In this document: positions 12,429 through 24,593 of the stretch, piece after piece
Position numbering within the stretch: position 1 is the first letter of the stretch
How the letters are laid out: the number at the start of each line of letters is the position of its first letter
DNA from: Camelus ferus
Taxonomy: Eukaryota
Direction: 5' to 3'
DNA: 64,000 nt
Assembly (NCBI RefSeq): GCF_009834535.1
Contig: NC_045696.1
Location: 119,662,001 to 119,726,000, forward strand
The notes under the pieces: generated by a model
Databases searched by the model: none
Told to the model about the DNA's origin: nothing
What the model saw: only the letters and a program-made list of their open reading frames with translations
Program-made: the position numbers and the translations under genes

Positions 12429-12815
12429 TCCAGTGTCCATTACCACCCTCTGAAGTGATAAAGTGCACCAGCTGGGGGTTTTTTGGGGGGTGAGGAGGAG
12501 TGGTAATCCAGCATCACAAGTGGGAAAGTGGAAATATAATTGCTTTGTGCTCCTTCTCCCAACCTGAAAACAGTCTGAAGCTTTGGCCACTGCTTTTGGT
12601 AGTCAGCCGAGGGAAAGCGTTCTCTGCAGCTTGAGGAGATGCTTAACGTGCTTGGCGCCTGGCCCAGCTCGCTGGGTGTGGATTCTCCTCTGCGGCTTAG
12701 GAGCAGAGAAGAGAGCTATTCCCTGCAGGCAGAAGTTTTAGAAAATTATTAGCGGGACTGTAATTACTACAAACACATAGGAAAATGGTGTCAACTCTCA
12801 AGTACATACCCTGTG

Positions 12816-12995
12816 TCAGAGGTCACAAGACTTTGAACGTCAGAGGTCGCACAGACGCTAGCAGCTGCTCAGCCCCCCTCCCATGTGGAGGCTGCGTGTG
12901 AGCACGTGCGGGGAGAGGGCAGCTGTGCTGCAGCATGGCTTTATTTGCAGAGTAGGTGGCTGGCACCCTGTGGGCTGTGGTTTGGAGAGCCCCAG
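12816..12995. mobile_element. Possible MER58-like hAT relic
   Basis: gctgtgctgcagcatggctttatttgcaga...gggctgtggtttggagagcccca resembles a MER58 end. Confidence 0.4.
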
Positions 12996-14109
12996 TATTG
13001 ATTCCCTATTTAAGGTTAAATTAGGGCAAGGTATTTATTATGCATGAAATAATTTATTCTGAGTATTTCTAAATAGCTTGGAGTGTTATAACTGGAAATG
13101 GGTCTTAGAGGTCATTCACCACAACTCTTGTCTTACTGACAACTGAGATTCAGAAATCAACAGATTGGCAGGTACTGGTGGGGGTGAGATTAGGGAGAAG
13201 ACAGGTGCATCGGTCGTCCCGCAGAATGAGGACTGGAGTCAGATGGGAGCCCCCCTCGACAAGGACACGCGTGCACCTCAGGCTGATGTACGCAAACCAG
13301 ACTTTATTTTTTTATTAATTACTTTCTGTTTTACCTCCTCATGACTTAGGCATGTATCTAATCTGGAAACCTTACCTTAAATATCTTTTTTCTTAAAAAA
13401 AAAAAAACTATTGTTTTGGAGTACATTTACATGTGTGAATTAGTAAATGAAAGCGTTGGGTGAAAGGAGGCAGGTTATCTGAGTTTTTCTGTATAATCTC
13501 AACTGTGGTGTCGGGTGGACACGACCAGCCTGTTTGGGTGACCCTGCGGTTGATTTCTGCCTTGTTCGTTTTCTTGTTTTAACATGTTAGAAACCTATAA
13601 TCACATCTCTACTCTGGGAAGGAGAATCCAAATGTAGATGTTTCCTGTGGAATAAGTTGTGGCTGCTTATTTATCATAAGCTAGAGCTCAGCTGATCTCT
13701 CTGGATTTGTGGGGAAAGGCAGTGAAGGAAGTATTTGACTTACACAGTTGGGCAGAAGAACCTTGGATTGAACGAGATACACTCCTCGCGATGAATGGTT
13801 TTCTGTAATGTTGGGTCGCGGTGGTTGTCAGTGACATCAGCTTCAAAGTGCCATCTTCACAGTCTTGGGCTTCTGAGTGGGACTCCTATCACAGGGCCTC
13901 CAGTAACCTGGTGTGACACTTGACGTGGCCCTGCTGTTTTGTTTTCTGTTTTAATGATTAGGAAATAGTAAAGAAATTAATCTTTTCTTGATGACTTAGT
14001 CATCCTTCTATGCACTGCCAGGTAGAGGGCACCTGCTGATGCCACCGGAGCTGGCACATTTGGTTTTACTTCGCTGTGCGAGGACTGTTTTGTATTTTAA
14101 GTAGATAGG

Positions 14110-14283
14110 GTTTCTTTCTTTCCTTTCCCTTCCTTCCTCCCTTCCACCTCCCCCTCCTCTTCATCTTCCCCTCCCCTCTTCCTCCCCCTCCTCTTTCCCT
14201 CCCCTCTTCCTCCCCTCTGTCTTCCCCTCCCCTTCTCTAGCTCTCCCTCCCTCCTTCCGTCTTCCTGTCTCATCTCCACTCTT
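14110..14283. repeat. CT-rich low-complexity polypyrimidine tract
   Basis: Almost purine-free C/T run. Confidence 0.9.
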
Positions 14284-17200
14284 AGTCCTATGTCTAGCTT
14301 TCAGCCGTTGGATTAGTTAACTTTACCCTGGAAATGCCTTTTCTGTTACTGTAATGGCTTGTAGTTGGTGTTTATGGATATGTAGCTAATTTTGGAGCTC
14401 TGTGTGTGCGACAGAAGTCTGGTTACCCTCAGAGACTCCACATGAGATGAGCCTTGGTAGCCTGGATATCTGACGTGCGCTGCGTGTTTACTGCCCTTAA
14501 GCCATTTTTTCATTTTACAGCCAGCGTCTGCTCTTTTAGTGGGCACTGGTGTGCCGTGTCTGTTAATATATAAGGCACGTACTAATTCACCCATGTGGCA
14601 GGGGAGATACTTGTATTGTGCTCAGAGAGAGAGCCCAGCCGTTTCTCACCTGCTTGCCCTTTCACTTCCAAGGAATTAAGCTATTTGATTAGTGTTATTA
14701 GAAGAAAGATGATTTAATGAAATATGAGTGTCTTGTGAGAAAGGTTGTGATCAGATGTCTAAAATCCCACTGCTGATCTTCCAGCAGATAAGTATCTTCA
14801 GAATCTGAAAAGAACAGTCCAAAGTTTTTATCCCATTATCTACTTGTTGCAAGTAGCAGCATGATGTGTCCTCATGAAGCATGAAGCCATTGGTGGACTC
14901 TTGGTTGTAGTCACCTATGTTTTGATGAAATTAACTGTGATTTTGTTATTAAAAGTAAAGAGAAAGAAAGACTACTTAATTAATTATTGTAACTTAAAAT
15001 GGAAGAATGAAGCCAGCAGAGTTTTTGCTTTGGGCTGCCAAATGCACTGTGAAGATTAGACTTCCCTCCTTCAGTTGTCTGTCTGATAATCCGTATCCAC
15101 AAGAAAGACAGACTGTCCTTACCCTCTTGCTCCTTTTAATTTTTTTCTTTGCACTAGAAGCCAAATTCTTGGACTGTTTTTTGTGACCGCTCCTTTTATT
15201 TCCTCTTAAATACAGTTCACTTTTTGAAGATGCGGTGTTTCCTTTTCATTTCAGAGTTGAAGTATGCGTATGTTCACAGGTGCACAGCCCCAGTGGAGCT
15301 GCCTTCAGTCCTGTCCCCTGTCACACCAGCCGCTCCTCCCTGCCCCCACCACCAGCACACACACACACACACAGGCAGCTGCTGCTCCCAGTGTCTCAGC
15401 TTTCCTGAGGATTTCCTTTTTCTGCGTAAAAGTAAAGAATAACATTCATACAGTTCTTACTTGCTGCTCTTTTTACTTTTTATTGCTCGGATCTTTGCCA
15501 GCGCATAGAGATCATCCTCATTTTGGGGACAGCTGCACTGTGCTTCCTTGTCTGTTAATAACCTTGAATCAGACACTGACCCTGCCCAGGTCGGAGGCCG
15601 GCCATCAGGCCTCAGTCTTCTCTCCCCTTGTCTTTCCAGTGTGCTTCTCACTTCTGAGTGTCTGTGTCGCTGCCCTTCAGGCCTTGGTGCCAGGACTTGC
15701 CCTCCTGCTGTGCACGTAGGTACAGGCTCACAGAAAGAGGTGCAGGCGCTCTAGAGAACCGTTCAAGTTCCAAGCGACGGGGGTGGAGAAGGAAGGGGCC
15801 CGGCCTTCTGACCCGTGAGCACGTCAGGCGCTGGGCTGACTGTGCCTCGCACCCAGCACGAACGCTGGCCTCGCCGTCATCAGGCAGCCTGTGTTGTCAC
15901 CGTCCGGTCTCCGCAGGACCTGGCGGGGAGTTGTGCAGATGTGTATTACGTGAACAGACCACTCTCTCTACCTGATTCTGTATTTTGCTGAATCCCTTTG
16001 TTTCACCCAAAGCCTTAGGCCACCTTGAAAGCTCTCCTACTGGTTCGTGATTCTTTGAGTGTCCTCACCGTCCCTGCCCACGGAGAGTTCTGCTCTCAAA
16101 TTTCAGCTGCTGCCTTTGTGGACAATCCTACACCTGCATTTCATTCCTTTTCTCTCATGTTGAGGACTTTTAAAGTCTACCTGTAACATATGTGTGCTGT
16201 GTGTGTACCAGTACGTTGGTTATGTGTTAATCTTTGTAACAGTATTAGGAGATGCGTCTTGTATGTGAAGAAACAGGTTCAGAGGGATCACACAGCCAGT
16301 TAGGGACCTGCAGCTAGTCTCTGTGGGGGCCATAACTTGGACTCACTGCACTTGAATATTCCCTAGAACCTCACAAAGCAGAGAATGTGTGAACAGTAGG
16401 TCGTCTGAGTCTGTCCTTGGTGCGGCTAGAGTTGGCCGACGTTGAGCAGCTTCTGCAGCTGCATTTCATCATCTAGAAAGTAAGGAGGTTGGACTAGGTA
16501 TCTGAAGCCTCTGCCCACTGCTAGTTACGGTTCTAGGTGGAAGTCTAGGATTGCCTGCAGTGCCCTTCTGAGGGCCGGGGCCGTTTCTACTTACAGGGGT
16601 CCTGCAGTGAGTGCGCTGCTTCTGTTTGGTTCAGATTTAAGCATGAAACCAGTGGATTTTACCTAGGCGATAGATCCCCCCTCAAATTATGTAATACACT
16701 TTTTGTTTTAGGAGGTGTATTTCCATTTTACTAAGGATAGGTTTTGTCCATTGGCTTATGATTTTTAAAAAACTGTACATAGTTGATTTGTTTTTGTCAT
16801 TTTTTAAAAATTATTACATCTTGGAACCTGAAAAGACATGGGGTTGGTTTCTTTCTTTCTTTCTTAACTTTTTGTCCCTTAGTTTATAGTCATTGTTTCT
16901 GTTTAATAAAATAACTCTATAGTACCAATGCATTTTTAATCATCAGTGGAAAACTGTTTTCTTATTATTACGTTGCTTCATGACATGATGCATTAATTAG
17001 TAAAGAAATACAATGAAGGCTTTGTAATAGTCAATGTTTTGTGTCTAAGTATTCCTGTTCATTTAAGTATCTGAGTTTTTAACATACATTCTCAAGTGGA
17101 GTCTGATTTTCACATCGGATATGCTCTGTATAAAGGTGGCTTTTCTAGCCTATTATAAAATGATGTTTATTTGATTCTTAATAAAAAGAGCTAATACCTT

Positions 17201-17403
17201 ATTGGGTAATTACATCAATTAAAAAGGATAATTTTGTTTTATAATTTAAGGGTCATTTATTAGCAGAAAGTATAAAAAAGTGCAGTACTACTTTTTCAGT
17301 TGTTATTCATCCAATTTGGACTATATGTAACTATTATTTCAAGAGATTTACTTAAAATATTTTATGCAAAATATTTCAATTTATTTTTTTCTTCTTGTTG
17401 CAG

Positions 17404-17474
17404 GAGCTAGAGTTAATGCCAAAGACAGCAAATGGTTGACACCTTTACACAGAGCAGTTGCATCTTGTAGTGAG
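17404..17474 (+). CDS. ANKRD28: ANKRD28 exon (G)ARVNAKDSKWLTPLHRAVASCSE
   Basis: ttgcag|GA ... GAG|gtatga; 71 nt. Confidence 0.96.
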
Positions 17475-20472
17475 GTATGAAATTTCTCTCAGTAAATATA
17501 TTGTATATGAAATCATTAAGTAGGCCTGCCTGTGAGCCCATATTCAAGTTCTCTATTTTCAAAAAAGGAAAAAACAACTGAAAATACCTAGACTGGTCAT
17601 TTTTTTACTTTGGAATTTGTACAAACCAAGTTAATTGCTCCATTTCCCTTTTCTGACTAAGGCCTCGTAGAGCTTCTAAAGTAGCAGAGAACTGAAGGCA
17701 CTCCTTCTACACTTCCTACAAGAGAGAAATTATTTTTCTATTGTATAAATTCTTCATGGCTTTTCTCTACTGGTTCACAGTAGCCCTAATAGATGTGTCA
17801 CAGAGGTTCTGCTGGTTGCGATTGAGAGAGAGTTTCAGCAGCGTGTAAAGACTAATTGAAATATCAAGCACTGAAATGAGCTTCGGAAACATTGCTTGAT
17901 CTCACATTTTGCCACTTCTAAATGTATAACCTTAAAATACGTTAGGTGTCGTGTGAGGAAGAACAATTCCTCATTTCTGGTATAGTTGTAATCCTGTGTG
18001 TTGTTTGCTCTTCAAGACAAGTGACGTTTCTGGAGACCGTTCATCTTTATCTTTCATATCTTCCAGTCCTCATGACATCCTGGTAGGTTAGATGTTTTCA
18101 GGGAACTGTGTAGTTAATGATTTGCCAGAAACGACTTAGCTGTTGAGTGGTAGAGGTGAGACAAAAACGTGGACCCTTTTTTTTTCTGTCACTTTACCAC
18201 CTTTCTGAAATGGATGGGGGCTTTTTACAAATGCATTGTGCCCAGAGCTCCCCTTTTACCTCTTAAAATAATGATGCTTATTGAAAATTTGTTTAAATAA
18301 TTTAAAATATAAAAGTGTGTGACTGTATAAATTTAACGTTTTCTTTAGTTAGCCACATGGTAGGAGACAAGGAAGTGTAGCTACTGGTCCTTCTCCCCAT
18401 CTTGGGACCCAGTAGCTCTGCAGAAGGAGAGGGAACGCTCGGGCCTCAGGAGGGGTTTCCTTGAGAAACCGGGGGAACGCCTGTCTCTTCATCCTCCCTT
18501 GTAGTCCTTATTGTGAGGCACAACTGGAGCCCAGAACAGGAGCTGGGCAGGTGCAGAGACGTGGAGCAGAGGAGGGCTGGCAGGGACTGCAGACCCTGCA
18601 GCCTGTTAGCTGGAAGCCCCAGTCGGGGCAAGAGGGGAGGTGGCAGGAGTCCCTGGTGATGAACTGCGGGGCTTGGAGAAACTGCCTTCAGATGTCACCT
18701 GCCACTTTCTGGCTGTGTGATCTTGGGCAGCTCTGGGAATCCCGAAAACTAAGGCATTAACCAGAAACCTGGGAACTCTGAAATTTGTGAGTGAGTCATA
18801 CTTACCTATTTTTTGGTATGACTCTTAGGAATATGACTTAAATTTAGTAGAGTTTTGCCAAATTAAATCATTAGAAAGCACACTTTATATATTTATAGAA
18901 ACAGAGCAAAAATTCTTAAAGAAAATAATTATGTTAGAGGCAGATTGCAAGTTCTGCTCAGAGACCTGATTGCTGATTTTTAAAAACTATGTCCTTAGCC
19001 TGAACTTAAGGGCCAACTGTGGGCTAGAAGGCAGTGGACCCCAATACGTTTAAGTTTCAACTTTTCAGCCTTAAATTAAGTTTAGGCTTTTCATCTTAAA
19101 AATTACTCAGCTACTTAGTATTATTACTCTTCTGTAGGATTATGAGAAACAACCATAAAATATGACCATTCTATAAAAATATAACTTCTGTAAACCCTGA
19201 TCCCTGGGGATTATTTTTCTTTTAAAAAGAAAATCTCATAATTAGCAAAACTGCTAGGAAACTTAGTCAAGGTTATCGGTTTCACTGGTGTTCTTTTCAT
19301 GATTCCTGTTCCATCCTGAGAGTGAAAGAGCTGTACACACTTCATTTAATAAAAAACATAACCACAGAGGAATATGTAAAAGGCAAAACTTTAGATAGCT
19401 TTTGTTTTATGTTTTGAGATACCATGAGAGGAGTAAGCCCTACGGAAGATTGGAGTGTCTTCTCAATTCTCCCAGGGACAGAGATGGTAACATCATTGCA
19501 GACACGTCGTGGGGACGTTAACTCATCACAGACAGCAGATGTCTTAAGGCTTAGTTTCTTCACTGAACTCGGGTTGAGAAAGACTGCCTCGGGTTAACTG
19601 TCCCAAGCCCCCAGCTCTCCTGCAGTCACGTGGTTCCCACACACCCAGCCAGACACCCAGCCGGTCGTGTTGCCCGGCTCTCTTGTCCTTTTTCCACCAC
19701 TGATTTGTGACTGTCATTCTCCCAGGGGAGCATAAAATTCAACTCTCTGTAAATGCTGAGTATTCTTCTGAATAAATCAGTTTCTGAGTATTAGAGCTTT
19801 TTGTGTTTGTTTTTTTTTTTTAAGAAGCCACATCACACTACATCCTCTGAAAGATAGGTTTTTTTTTTTAAATACCTCAACTCCAGGAATTAACATTTTA
19901 GTTAGATGTCGATAATTGAGTTTAAAATACGCTACCACGTGAGACATTAGTGGTCCATTGCAACATGGTGGTTATTTGCAAATGTATTAGCCTTTTTCTT
20001 CCTGTGTCTGACCCCAAGCTATGAATAGATACTCTCTGGATACGATTGTTTAACCTTTTGTTATCGCCACATCCCCGTATTTCGTAGTCTTATGTAGATC
20101 AATGTCAGAGGATAATTGCTTGGATGGTTTTTTCAAGGCACACCTGCAGCATTTCTTACATGTACATACCCTCTGATAATGGAAAAATTGGGATCAAGGT
20201 TACTCTGGTAATATTGTCATTAGTGACACTAGGTGTACCGTTGATTATCCCTACATTAATGTTTTTCTAAATGCTTTTAATGTGTTCATAATAAAACCTA
20301 GAATTTTACTAAGTTATAACGTCAGGCTTATTGGTTTGTAATTTCCAGAAATTCACCCTTTTTGGTGTGTTTTTATGTCTCCTATCTTTACAGATTTCTT
20401 GAATTTTCTTTAAGTTTTCAAAGATCACTGTTACTGTGATATGGCACTAACTTCTGAGTGGTAGATGGTGGG

Positions 20473-20840
20473 TGTATTAGTCAGGTTGGGCTGTCGTAAC
20501 AAAATACCATAGACTGGGTGATTTAAACAGCAGAAATTCATTTTCTCACAGTCTGGAGGCTAGAAGTCCCAGGTCAAGGCCCAGCAGGGTCATTTTCTGA
20601 TGAGGACGCTTTCTGGCTTGCAGACAGCTGCCTTCTCGCTGTGTCTTCACATGGTGGAGAGAGAGGAGGGGGAGTCTCTCCTCCTCGTCTTAAGAAGCCA
20701 CCAGTCGTGTCAGGTTAGGGCCCCTCCCTTACGGTCTCATTTAGCTTTACCTCCTCAAGACCCTCTCTACAAATACAGTCACACTGGGGGACTGGGGCTT
20801 CCGTATATGGATTATAGGGGTACACAGTTAGTCCCCAGCA
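20473..20840 (-). mobile_element. MLT1A-like MaLR solo LTR with perfect 5-bp TSD GTGGG
   Basis: tgtattagtc...gtccccagca with TG/CA termini; gtggg at 20468-72 and 20841-45. Confidence 0.9.
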
Positions 20841-21298
20841 GTGGGGTTGGGGTCGTTGTGTGTAAATGGCTCCCTCGGGTGTCGTCTTGCCCTCCCTCAA
20901 CCGTAAAATGGATTTATTCTTGCTTTTCTGGGAAACAAAAGAATAGTTTTGATTTTTCTGTTCTTGCTAATGGAACATAAATATTCCACACCTTTCAGAA
21001 ACTTTAAGCTGTGCATTGTGAATTCTAGAGTGAGAGTAATTAAGGCAAGCCTGGCATCCATAGTATGCTTTGTTTGCCCAGTTTACCCAATTATATGTTC
21101 TTCATTTTGTTTTTAATTATTTTCAGGTACATCTGTTAACATCCCTGCTGACACTTCCTACTGTGGTGTTAGTTTTATCCCCGAAGTCACGGTACACCCT
21201 CTTGGGGATGAGGCTGGAGAATTCTGGTAGTGTTTGTGTTTGTACCTTGTTCTCCATAATTTTGAGTACATATTCCTCTATTTTCCCCCCGTATTCCT

Positions 21299-21780
21299 TT
21301 TTTTTTAAATTGACGTATGATTTATAGTAAAATGCACAGATTTTTAAGTGCGTAGTCTGAGTTTTGGCAGAGGTATCCACCCATGTAAGCTTTCCCCACT
21401 CGAGAGGTAGAAGATTCCATCACTGCAGCAAGTTCCCTTACGTCTCTTTTCAGTCAGTCCCCAGAGGCAGCCACTGTTCTGATTTCTCTCACAATTGGGT
21501 AACTTTGCCTATTCTAGAATTTTATGAAAATGGGATCATAACACTCTGTGTCTTGACTTAACGTTCGTCCGTATTGTTCTGCGCCTTAACGGTTGGCTCC
21601 TTTTCTGTTGCAAGTAGTGTTTCATGTATGGACGTATGGCAGTTTATCTGTTTCCCTGTAGGTGGACACGTACATTTCTTGGTTTTGACTCTTATGAATA
21701 AACAAAGCTGCCGTGAACATTCTTAGATGGGTCTTTTAAACTCTCTCATGGGTAAATAGCCGGAGTGGGGTTGGGGTGTA
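21299..21780 (-). mobile_element. Old L1 (L1MB/ME-type) 3' fragment, antisense
   Basis: tttaaattgacgtatgattt...aaaatgcacagatttttaagtg...ggcagccactgttctgattt...ttgcctattctagaatttt. Confidence 0.75.
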
Positions 21781-22425
21781 GGACAGGCCTCCGTGTGTCC
21801 TTGATTAGCTACTTAGCAGGTCGATAGACTGGTGGACATCCCTCCAGTCTGGCCGGGCTTGTGCTGTTTCTCATATTTCAAACAGTTCCAATTACTTTTC
21901 ATTTCAAAGGCTTTAAAGGCTATGTGTGAATCATGAATAATTCAGTCTTCTTGCTGCTTTGCGTATTTATGGTTATTTTAACCTTTTGAATGCTTGTCAT
22001 GCACATCAGCTTCCTTTGCAGCAGCCCTGAGATGAGTGGTGGGCAGGTGGTGTTTCCCCTCTTGGCTGAGAAGAAAACCAAGGATCAGTTTTACTAGACT
22101 AGGAAAGTTACGCCTTGTAAACGACAGAACTGAGATGATTCTGTTCTGGTTCTGGTGCTTTTCGTTTCATGTGTTGTTTGTTGTTCATCTGCCAAAAATT
22201 GGAGTATCACTGTAAGGGGGAAATTTTTGCTAAGTCATTTCTGATTATATTGCTTAATATTGATGGCTTACTGGATTCCTTGCGAGCTTGCCCTGAGTCC
22301 AGTTTGTGGGTATGTTGTGAAGTTCTCCTTGTCCTTCTGAGAGGCCAGTTCCTTTGAACAGGAAACTCTTAATTTGCCTTGTTTACACCGACTTTCCCAC
22401 CAGGCAGCGTCACAGCGAAGGCTTA

Positions 22426-22446
22426 ACTCTCTCCCTCCCTCTCTCC

Positions 22447-22494
<48 letters not shown>

Positions 22495-22544
22495 CCCGTC
22501 CCTCTCTCTCTCCCTCCCTCTCTTTCTCTCTCTCTCTCTCTCTC
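22426..22544. repeat. (CT)n / CCCT-rich microsatellite
   Basis: Seen directly. Confidence 0.93.
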
Positions 22545-22921
22545 ATGAACTAGATGCTAGTGACTTTTCATTTTGTAAAATATACCTTGTGTAACACTTT
22601 AGGAAATAGTATGCTTTACATTTTTATATATTTAATAGCAAAACGATAAATCTACTTTTTAAAGCTCTTGAAAGTATAAATTAATCATATCTCACCATCT
22701 AGAAAAAAAGAAATAATGAATGTGTTTGAAGAACATTCGTCAGTTTTTCTTCTTGTACATTTTGATGAATATTGTTATGCCTTTAATTGGAGGATGGAAA
22801 GGGGAACGTTTTATCTTGATGCATCTTACGTAGCTCTGACTACTGCCTTCAGTTCAGAGTATTTTGTTTTCTGGCTTATTTATAGCAGGTTCTACTAGAA
22901 CCGTATTTCCCCAATAAATTT

Positions 22922-22927
<6 letters not shown>

Positions 22928-22983
<56 letters not shown>
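22928..22983. repeat. (AT)28 microsatellite
   Basis: Perfect alternating A/T, ending 60 nt before the exon at 23044. Confidence 0.96.
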
Positions 22984-22986
<3 letters not shown>

Positions 22987-23043
22987 GTTTCTAAACCTGT
23001 CAGCTCATTTGTCTTGATTAACTTATGTCTTCGTATGTTTTAG

Positions 23044-23244
23044 GAAGCAGTTCAGGTACTTTTGAAGCATTCTGCAGATGTGAACGCTCGAGACAAAAAC
23101 TGGCAAACCCCTTTACACATAGCAGCTGCTAATAAAGCTGTCAAGTGCGCGGAAGCTTTGGTGCCCCTGCTGAGTAACGTAAACGTGTCCGATCGAGCAG
23201 GGAGGACTGCACTGCATCATGCAGCTTTCAGCGGACACGGAGAG
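23044..23244 (+). CDS. ANKRD28: ANKRD28 exon [25 protein letters not shown]...AAFSGHGE
   Basis: ttttag|GAA ... GAG|gtaggt; 201 nt; overlaps ORF 23062..23373. Confidence 0.97.
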
Positions 23245-24505
23245 GTAGGTGGTGTCCAGGTAGACGATGATTCTCTCCCTGCACCGCCCCCCACGCCGTT
23301 TATTAATGAGCTTGCCTTTTTTAGCCATTCATCAGTCCGCAGTAAAAGCAAACAAAAATACCTATCTTGCTAATTTTTATCTAGTTTTGCCTTTAGCAAA
23401 TCCTCAGACGTCTTTTCATGTTCATTCATGACACAGCTTTCTCAAATTGAGAAATTGATCAAATTCAGCCTCTGCACTTGAATTTCATGGTCACCCTGGG
23501 GAGACAAAGGAGAAGGCAGGCAGCTATACACAGTGTGAAGTGTGTTCTCTCGTCGTTGTGGGAAAAAGTATCTAGGAAGACAGAGCGGCTTTGTTGTCCA
23601 GAAAGAGGAGCAAAGGAAGGCAGAGCATAGAAACATTTTCTTATAGTTTATCTTGAAAGTTGGGCCAGGAATTCTTTGATGACTGACCATCAGAAGAAAA
23701 CAGTTGAAGAAAATGAGTATTTAGTTCTCTGATACAACAAGCTTTGGCTAATGTGAGGTGTTGTCCCAGCCCAGAGCAGACTCGTGTGTCCGTAGAAGAC
23801 GCAAGGGAGCCCGGAGCCCAGAGGTGGCAGGGCCTGGGAGGCTGGCGGGTCCAGCCCCCGCGTCTGCCGCAGACCCAGACTCCGAGGGGAGGTGACGCCG
23901 GCTTCCCAGGGCTGAGCGCCACTGCAGTGGTCCTCGCTGTCCTCCTCTGCCTTTGCGACAGAGAGAGTTCTTGCCTCCCTTGCCGTTCAGGTCCCTAGAT
24001 GAGTCCCTTTTGCACATCTGGAGTGCCCTTTCCAGCACTGGGGGGGGCTATTCTCGGTACATTCTGAGGTCAGTGGGCTGTGCAGTGACCTTCAGGTCTA
24101 ATCATGTTCTAGACACTGCATTTGTGTTTGAGTTAAGTTTAAGATGTTTCTGGGATCAGAATGCACTTTGAATTTCAGTAACACTTTGGGCTGTAAGGAG
24201 GAGGAGAACCTGTTGTTAAATATTCCGCCTTAGACTTTGCAGGTTTGTGCTTAGTTGTTCATAAAACACTGGGACACAAAATGGCATCTTTAAAAGACAC
24301 CGATGCTTCAGCAACACTGAAACCTTTTTTCTCTGTTCTGTCCTGTTGTTTATTAAATGATGTTAAAGGGTCTTCATTGTGTAGTCCAGCTCCTTCAGAT
24401 GCAGAAACCCCAGCGTGCAGAAGGTGGAGATGAGCAGTTGTCACGAGGGCTATTCAAGAACAGTTCTGATGAATTTTGATGAAACCGTGTTTATTTTTAT
24501 TCCAG

Positions 24506-24593
24506 ATGGTCAAACTGCTCCTGTCTAGAGGTGCCAATATTAATGCTTTTGACAAGAAAGATAGACGTGCTATCCATTGGGCAGCATATATGG
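24506..24593 (+). CDS. ANKRD28: ANKRD28 exon MVKLLLSRGANINAFDKKDRRAIHWAAYM(G)
   Basis: ttccag|ATG ... ATGG|gtatgt; 88 nt. Confidence 0.96.

Noticed and set aside
21105..21132. Recursive splice site (ttttcag|gtacat)
   Set aside because: The reconstituted donor is weak and the intron is only about 5.6 kb.
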